Of a stretch of DNA of 64,000 bases, positions 1 to 16,492 are shown in pieces. Numbering within the stretch: position 1 is the stretch's first letter; each line of letters opens with the position of its first letter. This DNA comes from the human T2T-CHM13v2.0 reference genome, Homo sapiens: the NCBI RefSeq assembly GCF_009914755.1, contig NC_060938.1. One strand, 5' to 3'. A model generated the notes under the pieces. It ran no database searches, had not been told where the DNA came from, and saw only the letters and a list, made by a program, of their open reading frames with translations. The translations under genes and the position numbers were made by a program.

Positions 1-2223
1 GGCAGAGCCTAGACAAGTGTTACATCACCTAGGTTATCAGTGCAGGTATAAGTCATAAAGCCTACTGTAGGCAAAGCGTAGACAAGAGTTCCCACCCCAG
101 GGTGATCAGTACAGAGATGTGTCACAATAACCCAGTAGGCAGAGCCTAGACAAGAGTTTCATCTCTTGGTTGATCGGTTCACAGATCTGTCACAATGTCC
201 ATGTAGGCAGATCTAAGACAAGAGTCCATCACCTGGGTGATCAGTGCAGAGATATGTACCAATGACCCCTGTAAGCAGTGCCTAGACAAGAGTTGCATCA
301 CCTCAGAGATCAGTGCAGAGATATTTCACAAAGCCTTCTGTAGGCAAAGCCCATACTAGGCTTACATCACCTAGGTGATCAGTGCAGTGATATGTCAAAA
401 AAGTCCCTGTAGACAGAGCCTAGAAAAGAGGTACATCACCTGCGTGATCAGTGCAGACATTTGACACAGTACCCCCATAGACAGAGCCTAGACAAGACTT
501 CCATCACCTTGGTGATCAGTGCAGAGCTATGTCACAAATCCCCCTCTAGGCAGAGTATAAAGAAGAATCCCATCACCTGGGTGATCAGTGTAGAGATATT
601 TCACAATGCACCCTGTAGGCAGAGAGTGGACAAGAGTTACATAACCTAGGTGATCTGTGCAGAGATATGTCTAAACGCCCCTGTAGGCAGAGCCTAGATA
701 AATGTTACATCACCTGGGTGATCTGTGCAGAGATACATCACAATAATCCCTGTAGGTGGAGCCTAGACAAAAGTTACATCATCTGGGTGATCAGTGCAGA
801 GATATGTCACAAATCCCCTGTAGGCCGAGCCTAGACAAGAGTTGTTACATCTAGGTGATCAGTGTAAAGATATGTCACAAAGCCCCCTGTAGACAAATCC
901 CAGAAAATTGTTACATCACCTGGGTGATCAGTGGACATATCTGTCACAATTCCCCTTCAGGCGCAGCTTAGACAAGCGTTACATCACATGAGTGATCAGT
1001 GCAGAGATATGTCACTATGCCCCCTTAGGCAGATCCAAGACAAGAGTCCATCACCTGAGTGATCAGTGCGGAAATATGCCACAATGCCGCCAGTAGGCAG
1101 ATATAGACAAGAGTTACATCACCTGCGTGATCACTGCATAGATATTTCCCAATGCCCCTGTAGGCAGAGCCTAGACGAGAGTCCCATCACCTGGGTGATC
1201 ATTGCAGAATTATGTCACAAAGCCCCCTTTTCACAGAACCTAGACAAGGGTTACATCACCTGGGTGATCATTGCAGGGATATGTCACAAAGCACCCTGTA
1301 GGCAGATCCTAGAAAAGAGTTACATCACCTGGGTGATCAGTGCAGAGATATGTCACAATGCCACTGTAGGCAGAGCCTAGAGAAGAGTTACATGACCTAG
1401 GTGATCAGTGCAGAGATACATGGCAATGCCCCTGTAGGCAGAACCTTGACAAGTGGTATATCACCTGGGTGATTATTGCAGGGATATGTCAGAAAGCACC
1501 CTGTAGGCAGATCCTAGAGAAGAGATATATCACCTGGGTGATCAGTGCAGAGATATGTCACAAGCCCCCTTTAGGCAGAGCCTAGACAAGAGTTAAATCA
1601 CCTGGGTGATCAGTGCAGTGTAATGTCACAATGCCGTGTAGCCAGAGCCTGTACTAAAGTTGCAGCACCTGGGAGATCAGTGCAGATATATGTCACAATG
1701 TCCCCAGTAGGCAGAGACCAGGTAAGAGTTGGATCACCTCGGGATCAGTGCAGAGATATGTCTCAATCTCCCTGTGGGTACTGCCTAGACAATTGTTACA
1801 TCACCTCGGTTAACAGTGCAGAGATATGTCAAAATTCCCCTATGGGCAGAGCCTACACAATTGTTACATCACTTAGGTGATCAGTGCAGAGATATGTCAC
1901 AATATGCCCTGGAAGCAGAGCCTAGACAAGAGTTACATCACCTGGGTGACCAGTGCAGAGATATGTCACAGAGCCTAGACAAGAGTCCAATCACCTAGGT
2001 GATCAGTGCAGAAATATGTCACAATGCCCCCATAGGCCGATCCAACACAAGAGTTACATCACCTGGGTGATCATTGTGGAGATATGTCACAATGCCCTCA
2101 TAGGCAGAGCCTAGACAAAAGTCCCATCACCTGGGTGATCAGTGCAGAGATATGTCACAAAGCCCTTGTAGGTAGAGCCTAGACAATAGTTACGTCACTT
2201 TGTAGATCAGTTCAGAGATGTGT
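1..2223 (+). repeat. Beta satellite (68-bp Sau3A/BSR) array 1
   Basis: Tandem diverged ~68-bp monomers, consensus GATCAGTGCAGAGATATGTCACAATGCCCCTGTAGGCAGAGCCTAGACAAGAGTTACATCACCTGGGT. Confidence 0.97.
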
Positions 2224-2830
2224 CATGCTGACTGTTTGCTCCCGGAGCTCTGCGGGCACACGGAAACATGCAGGGAAGGGTGGAAGACCCGCATGGTGCC
2301 TTTGCTCTCCTTGCTAGTTTCCTAACTGGCCACACTGCAGACTCCCCATGTTGCCGCACATGGGAATCCATCGTCAGACCATCACGCCGGGGAGGCATCT
2401 TCTCTCTGGGGTCTCGCTTTGGTCTCCTACCTGGAAATGAACAAGAGCCACACGCCTGCGCGTGTGAGACTGTCTCCGCAATGGCGACACCCACAGGCAC
2501 TGCCTCCTTTACGGAGAGAGTGCCTGGAATACTCAAGACTCCCACAGAGGTTAAGTTCCACACTCCCCTCCACACTCCCAGGCCGGTTTCTCCCTGCTGA
2601 AGACGCCTGGGAGCCCAGAGAGCGGCTTCCAGTTCCCGTGGGATTCCTGGAGAGGTCCGGAGAGCCAGCGCCCAAAACGCGCACCCCTCACTCTTTCCCC
2701 TTCGCCCCCTTCCTCTTGGTCTCTCTGGCCCCACCACCACCATCGCCATGCCCTCCCCACCCACTCCATCACCCACGGCTGCAGGTCTTGACGCCCTGGG
2801 ACCCTTCCGGGGTGGGTCGGGCTGTCCCAG

Positions 2831-4289
<1,459 letters not shown>

Positions 4290-4866
4290 GACGCGAGGTT
4301 GGGACGGGGTCGGGTCGGGGCAGGGTGGTGGCCTCTCTTTCAAGGGGAACACTTGGCTGGCTATGGAGGGGCGTGTCTTCCCCCAGCCCCCTCCACCAGG
4401 CTGACCAGAATGGGATTCTTGCCTTCTAATTCTGGGCACGGTGAGAGACTCCACAAAGCGAAGAACTGCCATTCTTTCCTAGGCATCACGGGGATCCCAG
4501 AGCCGGCCCAGGTACCAGCAGGTGGGCTACCTACTGCAAACGCGCGGGTTTGCGGGCAGCCACCTGTGCTGTGGGAGCAGCCCAGGCAGAGCTCTCATGT
4601 CTTTCCACCACCACACCCCCACCTGACCACCCCGTCTGCACCCCCAAAACCCAACCCCGGAAAATGCGTCCTCCCCTGGGCTGGTTGGAGACTACCATCC
4701 CGAGAAACACCAGGCCCGCACAGCGTCCAGGTCTGACACCCCTCCGGCCGCTCGCCTCCTCTGCGCCTCTGCGCCACCGTCGCCCGCCCGCCGGTGCCCC
4801 TGCAGCCTCCCAGCTGACACAATGGAGACCCCGGTGGCGGAATGCAGACCTCTATCTCTCTTTGCC

Positions 4867-5110
4867 GGCCTCCTGGCTAGACCTGCGCTCATTGCGCACT
4901 CCAGCTGACTTGCAACAGAGCCCGCTGGCCTCTCTGTGCACTAGGCCGTCCATGAAATTAAGGCTGAGGCTCTCCCAACACCTTCCGACGCTCTTTAGTC
5001 AAAGCCTGGAGAATAGTTACATCTCCTGGATGATCAGTTCAGAAATATGTCACAATGCCCCCTCCCTGTGGAGACTAGAGAAGATTTGCATCATTTGGGT
5101 GATCAGTGCA
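4867..5110 (+). other. pLAM/DUX4 exon-3-like segment running into beta satellite, without the ATTAAA signal
   Basis: CCTGGCTAG|ACCTGCGC acceptor-like site (AG 4879-4880), then ...CACCTTCCGACGCT...ATCTCCTGGATGATCAGTTCAG...ATGCCCCCTCCCTGTGGA...GAAGATTTGCATC, as recalled for 4qA pLAM. Confidence 0.8.
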
Positions 5111-8100
5111 GGGATATATCACAATGTCCCCTGCACAAAAAGCCTGGAAATGATTTACATCACCTCGGTGATCAGTGCATAGGTATGTCAGAAATCCCCA
5201 GTAGGCTGAACCTAGACAAGGGTTACATCACTTAGGTGATCAGTGTAGAGATATGTGAAAATTCCCCTGTAGACAGAGCCTAGACAAGTGTTCCATCACC
5301 TAGTGATCAGTGCAGGGATAAGTCGTAAAGCCTTCTGTAGGCAGAGTGTAGACAAGTGTTTCCTCCCTGGGGTGATCAGTGCAGAGATATGTCACAAAGC
5401 CCCTGTAAGCAGAACCTTGACAAGGGTTACATCACCTGTTTGATCAGTGGAAATGTATATCACAAAGCTCCCTGTAGGCAAAGCCCAGACAATTGTTACA
5501 TCACCTGGGTGAGCAGTGCAGAGATCTGTCACAATGCCCCTGAAGGCAGAGCTTAGACAAGGGTTACATCACCTGGGTGATCAGTGCAGAGATATGTCAA
5601 AACGCTCCTGTAGGCTGAACCTAGACAGGAGTTACATCACCCGCGTAATCAGCGCAGAGATATGTGAGAATTCCCGTGTAGGCAGAGCCTAGACAAGTGT
5701 TACATCACCTAGGTTATCAGTGCATGAATAAGTCATAAAGCCTCCTGTAGGCAGAGCGTAGACAAGAATTCCCTCCCCAGGGTGATCAGTGCAGAGATGT
5801 GTCACAAAGCCCCTGTAGGCAGAGCCTAGACAAGAGATTCATCACTTGGTTGATCAGTTCCCAGATGTGTCACAATGTCCATGTAGGCAGATCTAAGACA
5901 AGAGTCCATCACCTGGGTGATCAGTGCAGAGATATGTACCAATGTCCCCTGTAGGCAGTGCCTAGACAAGAGTTGCATCACCTCAGAGATCAGTGCATAG
6001 ATATGTCACAAAGCCTTCTGTAGGCAAAGCCCATACAAGGCTTACATCGCCTAGGTGATCAGTGCAGTGATATATCACAAAAATCCCTGTAGACAGAGCC
6101 TAGACAAGAGTTACATCACCTGGGTGATCAGTGCAGATATTTGACACAATGCCCCCATAGACAGAGCCTACACAAGACTTCCAACACCTGGGTGATCAGC
6201 GCAGAGATATGTCACGAATCCCCCTCTAGGCAGAGTATAGAGAAGAGTCCCATCACCTGAGTGATCTGTGCAGAGATATTTCACAATGCCCTCTGTAGGC
6301 AGAGAGTGGACAAGAGTTACATAACGTAGGTGATCTGTGCAGAGCTATGTCAAAACGCCCCTGTAGGCAGAGTCTAGATAAATGTTACATCACCTGGGTG
6401 ATCAGTGCAGAGATGCATCACAATACCCCCTGTAGGTAGAGCCTAGACAAGAGTTACATCACCTGGGTGATCAGTGCAGAGAAACGTCAAAATACCACCT
6501 GCAGGTGGAGCCTAGACAAGAGTTACATCACCTGGGTGATCAATAAAGAAATATGTCACAAAGCCCCTTTGGCACAGCATAAACAAGAGTTACATAACCC
6601 GGGTTATCGGTGCAGAGTGATGTCACAACGCCCTCTGTAGGCAGAGCCTAGAAAAGAGTTACATCACCTGGGTGATCAGTGCAGAGATACATCGCAATCT
6701 CCCTGTAGGCAGAGCCTTGACAAATGGTGCATCACCTGGGTGATCATTGCAGGGATATGTCACAAAGCACCCTGTACGCAGATCCCAGAAAAGAGTTACA
6801 CCACCTGGGTGATCAGTGCAGAAATTTTTCAAAATTCCCTGTAGGCAGTGCTTACAAAAGTGTTGCATCACCCAAGTGATCAATGAATAGATATGTCACA
6901 AAACTCCTGTAGGCTGAAGTTAGATGAGTTCCATCACCTGGGTGATCAGTGTAAAGGTATGTCACAAAGCCCCATGTACGCAAAGCCTAGACAATAGTTA
7001 CATCACTTGTGTGATCAGTGGCGAGATCTCTCACAATTCCCCTGTAGGCAGAGTTATACAACAGTTACATCACCTGGGTGATCAGCGCAGAGATATGTCA
7101 CAATGCCACCATAGGCAGATCCAAGACAAGGGTCCGTCACCTGGGTGATCAGGGCAGAAATATGTCACAATGCCCTCTTAGGCAGAGCCTGGACAAAAGC
7201 CACAATACCTGGAAGATCAGTGCAGAGTTATGTCACAATGCCACTGTAGGCAGAGCCTAGACAAGGGTTACATGACCTAGGTGATCAGTGCAGAGATACA
7301 TCGCAATGTCCCTGTAGGCAGAGCCTTGACAAGTGGTACATCACCTGGCTGATCATTGCAGGGATATGTCACAAAGCACCCTGTAGGCGGATCCCAGAAA
7401 AGAGTTACATCACCTGGGTGATCAGTGCAGAAATTTTTTAAAATTCCCTGTAAGCAGTGCTTATAAAAGTGTTACATAACCCAAGTGATCAATGAAGAGA
7501 TATGTCACAAAACTACTGTAGGCAGAACTTAGATGAGTTCCATCACCTGGGTGATCAGTGCAAAGGTATGTCACAAAGCCCCATGTATGCAAAGCCTAGA
7601 AAATAGTTACATCACTTGGGTGATAAGTGGCGAGATCTCTCACAATTCCCCTGCAGGCAGACTTTATACAACAGTTACATCACCTGGGTGATCAGTGCAG
7701 AGATATGTCACAATGCCCCCATAGGCAGATCCAAGACAAGAGTCCGACACCTGGGTGATCAGTGCAGAGATGTGTGAGAATTCCCGTATAGGCAGAGCCT
7801 AGACAAGCGCCACATCACCTAGGTTATCAGTGAAGGTATAAGTAATAAAGCCTCCTGTAGGCAGAGCGTAAAAATGAGTTCCCTCCCCAGGGTGATCAGT
7901 GCAGGGATGTGTCACAAAGCCCCTGTAGGCAGAGCCTAGACAAGAGTTTCATCACTTGGTTGTTCAGTTCAGACATGTGTCACAATGTCCATGTAGGCAG
8001 ATCTAAGACAAGAGTCCATCACCTGGGTGATCAGTGCAGAGATATATACCAATGTCCCCTGTAGGCATTGCCTAGATAAGAGTTGCATCACCTCACAGAT

Positions 8101-11100
8101 CAGTGCAGAGATATTTCACAAAGCCTTCCGTAGGCAAAGCCCATACAAAGCTGACATCACCTAGGTGATCAGTGCAGTGATATGTCAAAAAAAATCGCTG
8201 TAGACAGAGCCTAGAAAATATGTACATCACCTGGGTGATCAGTCCAGACATTTGACATAATGCCCCCATAGACAGAGAGTAGACAAGACTTCCATCACCT
8301 TGGTGATCAGTGCAGACATACGTCACAAATCCCCCTCTAGGCAGAGTATAGAGAAAAGTTCCATCACCTGGGTGATCAGCCCAGAGATATTTCACAAAGC
8401 CCCCTGTAGGCAGAGAGTGGACAAGAGTTACATAACCTAGGTGATCTGTGCAGAGCTATGTCAAAAAGCCCCTGTAGGCAGAGCCTTGATAAATGTTACA
8501 TCACCTGGGTGATCAGTGCAGAGATACGTCACAATACCCCCTGTAGGTGGGGACTAGACAACAGTTACATCAACTGGGTGATCAGTGCAGAGATATGTCA
8601 CAAAGCCCCTGTAGGCCAAGCCTAGAAAAGAGTTGTTACATCTCCTGGGTGATCAGTGCAAAGATATGTCACAAAGCCCCCTGTAGACAAATACCAGAAA
8701 ATTGTTACATCACCTGGGTGATCAGTGGACATATCTGTCACAATTCCCCTTCAGGCACAACTTAGACAAGCGTTACATCACATGAGTGACCAGTGCAGAG
8801 ATATGTCACTATGCTCCCATAGGCAGATCCAAGACAAGAGTCCATCACCTGGGTGATCAGTGCAGAAATATGCCACAATGCCGCCAGTAGGCAGATATAG
8901 ACAAGAGCTACATCACATGCGTGATCACTGCAGAGATATGTCACAATGCCCCTGTAGGCAGAGCCTAGACAAGAGTCCCATCACCTGGGTGATCAGTGCA
9001 GAGGTGTGTCACAAGAACCCTGTAGCCAGAGCCTAGACAAGGGTTACATCAGCTGTGTGATCAGTGCAGTGACATGTCACAATGTCCCTCTAGCCATATC
9101 CTTGACAAAAGTGACATCACCTGGGTGGTCAGTGCGGAGATATGTCACAATGTCTACAGTAGGCAGAGCCTAGACAAGACTTATATCACCTGGGTGATCA
9201 GGGCAGAGATGTATCCCAAGGCTCCCTCTAAGCAGATCCCAGACAGGAGTTGCATCACCTCGGTGATCAGTGCAGAGATATGTCTCAATGTCCCATGTAG
9301 GCGAAGCCTATACAAGAGTTACATCATCTCTGTGATCAGTGCAGTGATATGTTAAAATGCCCCTGTAGGCAGAGCCTAGACAAGAGTTAAATCACCTGGG
9401 TGATCAGTGCAGAGATATGTAATAAATCCCACTGTAGGCAAAGCCTAGACAAGTTTTACATCACCTCAGCGATCAGTGCAGATATATGTCCCAATGTCCC
9501 TCTAGGCAGAGCTTAGAAAAGTCTCACATCTCCTGGGTGATGAGTGCAGAGATATGTCAAAATGTCCCCTGTAGGCAAAGCCTACGCAAGAATTACATCA
9601 CATTTGTCATCAGTACAGGGATATGTGAAAACGCCCCTTTAGGCAGAGCCTAGACAAGAGTTACACCACCTAGTTGATCAGTGCACAGATATTCCAAAAT
9701 ACCTCCTGTAGACAGATCCTAGACAAGAGTTGAATCACCTGGGTGATCAGTGCAGATATATTTCACAATGCCCCCTTTGGGCAGAGGGTAGACAGGAGTT
9801 ACATCACCTAGGTGATCAGTGCAGAGATTCGTCAAAATTCCCTGTAGGCAGTGCTTATAAAAGTGTTACATCACCTAAGTGATCAGAGCAGAGATATGTC
9901 ACAAAGCTCCTGTAGGCAGAACTTAGATGAGTTACGTCACCTGGGTGATCATTGCAAAGATATGTCAAAAAGCCCCCTGTAGGCAAAGCCTAGACAACAG
10001 TTACATCACTTGAGTGATCAGTGGCGAGATCTCTCACAATTCCCCTGTAGGCAGAGCTTATACAACAGTTACATCACCTGGGTGATCCGTGCAGAGATAT
10101 CTCACAATGCCCCCATAGGGAGATCCAAGACAAGAGTCCGTCACCTGGGTGATCAGTGCAGAAATATGTCACAATGCCCCCTTAGGCAGAGCCTAGACAA
10201 AAGCCCCCTCACCTGGATGATCAGTGCAGATTTATGACACAAAGTCCCTTTAAGCAGATCGTAGACAAGAGGTACATCACCTGGGTGATCAGTGCAGAGA
10301 TATGTCACAATGCCACTGTAGGCAGAGCGTAGACAAGTGTTACATGACCTAGGTGATCAGTGCAGAGATACATCACAATGCCCCTGTAGGCTGAGCCTTG
10401 ACAAGTGGTATATCACCTGGGTGATCATTGCAGGTATATGTCACAAAGCACCCTGTAGGCAGATCCTAGAGAAGAGTTATATCACCTGGGTGATCAGTGC
10501 AGAGATATGTCACAAGACCCCTGTAGGCAGAGCCTAGACAAGAATTATATCACCTCGGTGATCAGTGCAGTTATATGTCACAATGCCATTTAGCCAGAGC
10601 CTAGACTACAGTTACAGCACCTGGGAGATCAGTGCAGAGATAGGTCAAAATGTCCCCAGTAGGCAGAGACCAGGCAAGAGTTGGATCACCGCGGGGTCAG
10701 TGCAGAGATATGTCTCAACACCCCTGTGGGCACAGCGTAGACAAGAGTTACGTCACCTCGGTTAACAGTGCAGAGATATGTCAAAATGCCCCTGTAGGCA
10801 GAGCCTACTCAAGTGTTACATCACTTAGGTGATCCGTGCAGAGATATGTCACAATACCCCCTATAAGCAGAGCCTAGACAAGAGTTACATCACCTGGATG
10901 ATCACTGCAGAGATATGTGACAAGGCCCCTTTAAGCAGAGCCTAGACAATACTTACATCACCTGAGTGTTCAGTGCAGAGATCTGTCACAATGCCCCTTT
11001 AGGGAGAGCTTAGACCAGAGTTACATCACCTTGGTGATCAGTGCAGAGATATGTCACAATGTCCCCATAGGCAAATCCAAGACAAGAGTCCCTCACCTGG

Positions 11101-11665
11101 GTGATCAGTGCAGAAATATGTGACAATGCCCACAGTAGGCAGAGACTAGAGTAGAGTCCCATCTCCTGGGTAATCAATGCAGAGATATTTCACAATGCCC
11201 CTGCAGGCAGAGCATAAGCAAGAGTTACATCAACTAGATGATCAGTGCAGAGATATGTCACAATGCTCCCTATAGTCAGAGGCTGGACAAGAGTTACGTC
11301 ACCTCGGTGATCAACGCAGTGATATGTCACTATGCCCCGTAGGCAGATCCTAGTCAAGCGTTACATCACCTGGGTGATCAGTGCAGAGATATGTCACAAA
11401 CCCCCATACACAGAGCCTAGAAAAGAGTCCAATCACCTAGGTCATCAGTGCAGAAATATGTCACAATGCCCCCATAGGCAGATCCAACACAAGAGTTACA
11501 TCACCTGGGGGATCAGTGTAGAGATATGTCACAATGCCCTCATAGGCAGAGCCTAGACAAAAGTCCCATCACCTGGGTGATCAGTGCAGAGATATGTCAC
11601 AAAGCCCTTGTAGGTAGAGCCTAGGCAAGTGTTACATCACTTTGTTGATAAGTTCATTGATGTGT
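4991..11665 (+). repeat. Beta satellite array 2
   Basis: Continuous ~68-bp monomers, + orientation. Confidence 0.97.
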
Positions 11666-11924
11666 CATGCTGACTGTTTGCTCCCAGAGCTCTGCGGGCA
11701 CACGGAAACATGCAGGGTAGTGTGGAAGACCGGCATGGTGCCTTCGCTCTCCTTGCCAGTTTCCAAACCGGCCACACTGCAGACTCCCAGTGTTGCCGCA
11801 CACGGGAATCCATCGTCAGGCCATCACTCCGGGGAGGCATCTTCTCTCTGGGGTCTCGCTGTGGTCTCCTACCTGGAAATGAATGAGAGCCACACGCCTG
11901 CGCGTGTGAGACTGTCTCGGCAAT
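11666..11924 (+). repeat. D4Z4-like fragment B (~260 bp, cut at the inversion junction)
   Basis: Same start as unit A; similarity ends at GTCTCGGCAAT. Confidence 0.92.
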
Positions 11925-11939
11925 CTCTGATTGCTGATA

Positions 11940-13725
11940 CGCCTAAAGGGTAATTGTGACAGATATCTCCACTGAGCACCCAGGTGATGTAACAATTTTC
12001 TGGGATTTGTCTACAGGGGGCTTTGTGACATATCTTTGCACTGATCACCCATGAGATGTAACTCTTGTCTAGGCTCGGACTACAGGGGCTTTGTGACATA
12101 TTTCTGCACTGATCACCCAGGAGATGTAACTCTTGTTTATGCTGTGCCAAAGGGGCTTTGTGACATATCTCTGCACTGATCACGCAGGTGATGTAACTCT
12201 TGTCTAGGCTCCAGCTACATGGGGTATTGTGACGTATCTCTGCACTGATCACCCAGGTGATGTAACTCTTGTCTAGGCTCCACCTACAGGGGGTATTGTG
12301 ACGTATCTCTGCACTGATCACCCAGGTGATGTAACATTTATCTAGACTCTGCCTACAGGGAAGTTTTGAGATAGCTCTGCACAGATCACCTAGGTTATGT
12401 AACTCTTGTCCACTCTCTGCCTACAGGGTGCATTGTGAAATATCTCTGCACTGATCACCCAGGTGATGGGACTCTTCTCTATACTCTGCCTAGAGGGGGA
12501 TTTGTGACATATCTCTGCACTGATCACCATGGTGATAGATGTCTTTTCTAGGCTCTGTCTATGGGTGCATTGTGTCAAATATCTGCATTGATCACCCAGG
12601 TGATGTAACTCTTGCCTAGGCTCTGTCTACAGGAATTTTTGTAACATATCACTGCACTGATCACCTAGGTGATGGAAGCCTTGTGTGGGCTTTTCGTACA
12701 GAAAGCTTTATGACATATCTATGCACTGACCTCTGAGATGATGCAACTCTTCTCTAGGCACTGCCTACAGGGGACATTGGTACATCTATATGCACTGATC
12801 ACCCAGGTGATCGACTCTTCTCTAGATCTCCCTATATGGTCATTGTGACACACCTCTGAACTGATCAACGAAGTGATGAAACTCTTGTCTAGGCTCTGCC
12901 TACAGGGGCTTTGTGACACATCTCTGCACTGATCATCCTGGGGAGGGAACTCTTGTCTACGCTGTACATACAGGAGGCTTTATGACTTATACCTGCACTG
13001 ATAACCTAGGTGATGTAACACTTGTCTAGGCTCTGCCTACACGGGAATTCACACAAATCCCTGCACTGATCACCCAGGTGATGCAACTCCTGTCTAGGTT
13101 CAGCCTACAGGAGCGTTTTGACGTATCTCTGCACTGATACCCCAGGTGATGTAACCCTTGTCTAAGCTCTGCCTACAGGGGCATTGTGACAGATCTCACC
13201 ACTGCTCACCCAGGTGATGTAACAATTGTCTGGGCTTTGCCTACAGGGGCTTTGTGATATACATTTCCACTGATCAATCAGGTGATGTAACCCTTGTCAA
13301 GGTTTTGCTTACAGGGGCTTTGTGACATATCCCTGCACTTATCACCCCAGGGATGAAACACTTGTCTACACTCTGCCTACAGGAGGCTTTACGACTCATC
13401 CCTGCACTGATCACTAGGTGACGTAACACTTGTCTAGGCTCTGTCTACACGGGAATTTTCACATATCTCTACACTGATCACTTAATTGATGTAACCGTTG
13501 TCTAGGTTCAGCCTACTGGTGATTTCTGACATACATATGCACTGATCACCGGGGTGATGTAAATCATTTCCAGGCTTTTTGTACAGGGGACATTGTGATA
13601 CATCTCTGCACTGATCACTCAAATAAGGCAAATCTTCTCCTGGCTCTGCAGGGAGGGGCATTGTGACATATCTCTGAACTGATCATCCAGGGTATGTAAC
13701 CATTCTCCAGGCTTTGACTAAAGAG
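11940..13725 (-). repeat. Beta satellite array 3 (reverse orientation)
   Basis: Monomers read TGTGACATATCTCTGCACTGATCACCCAGGTGATGTAACTCTTGTCTAGG. Confidence 0.97.
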
Positions 13726-16492
<2,767 letters not shown>

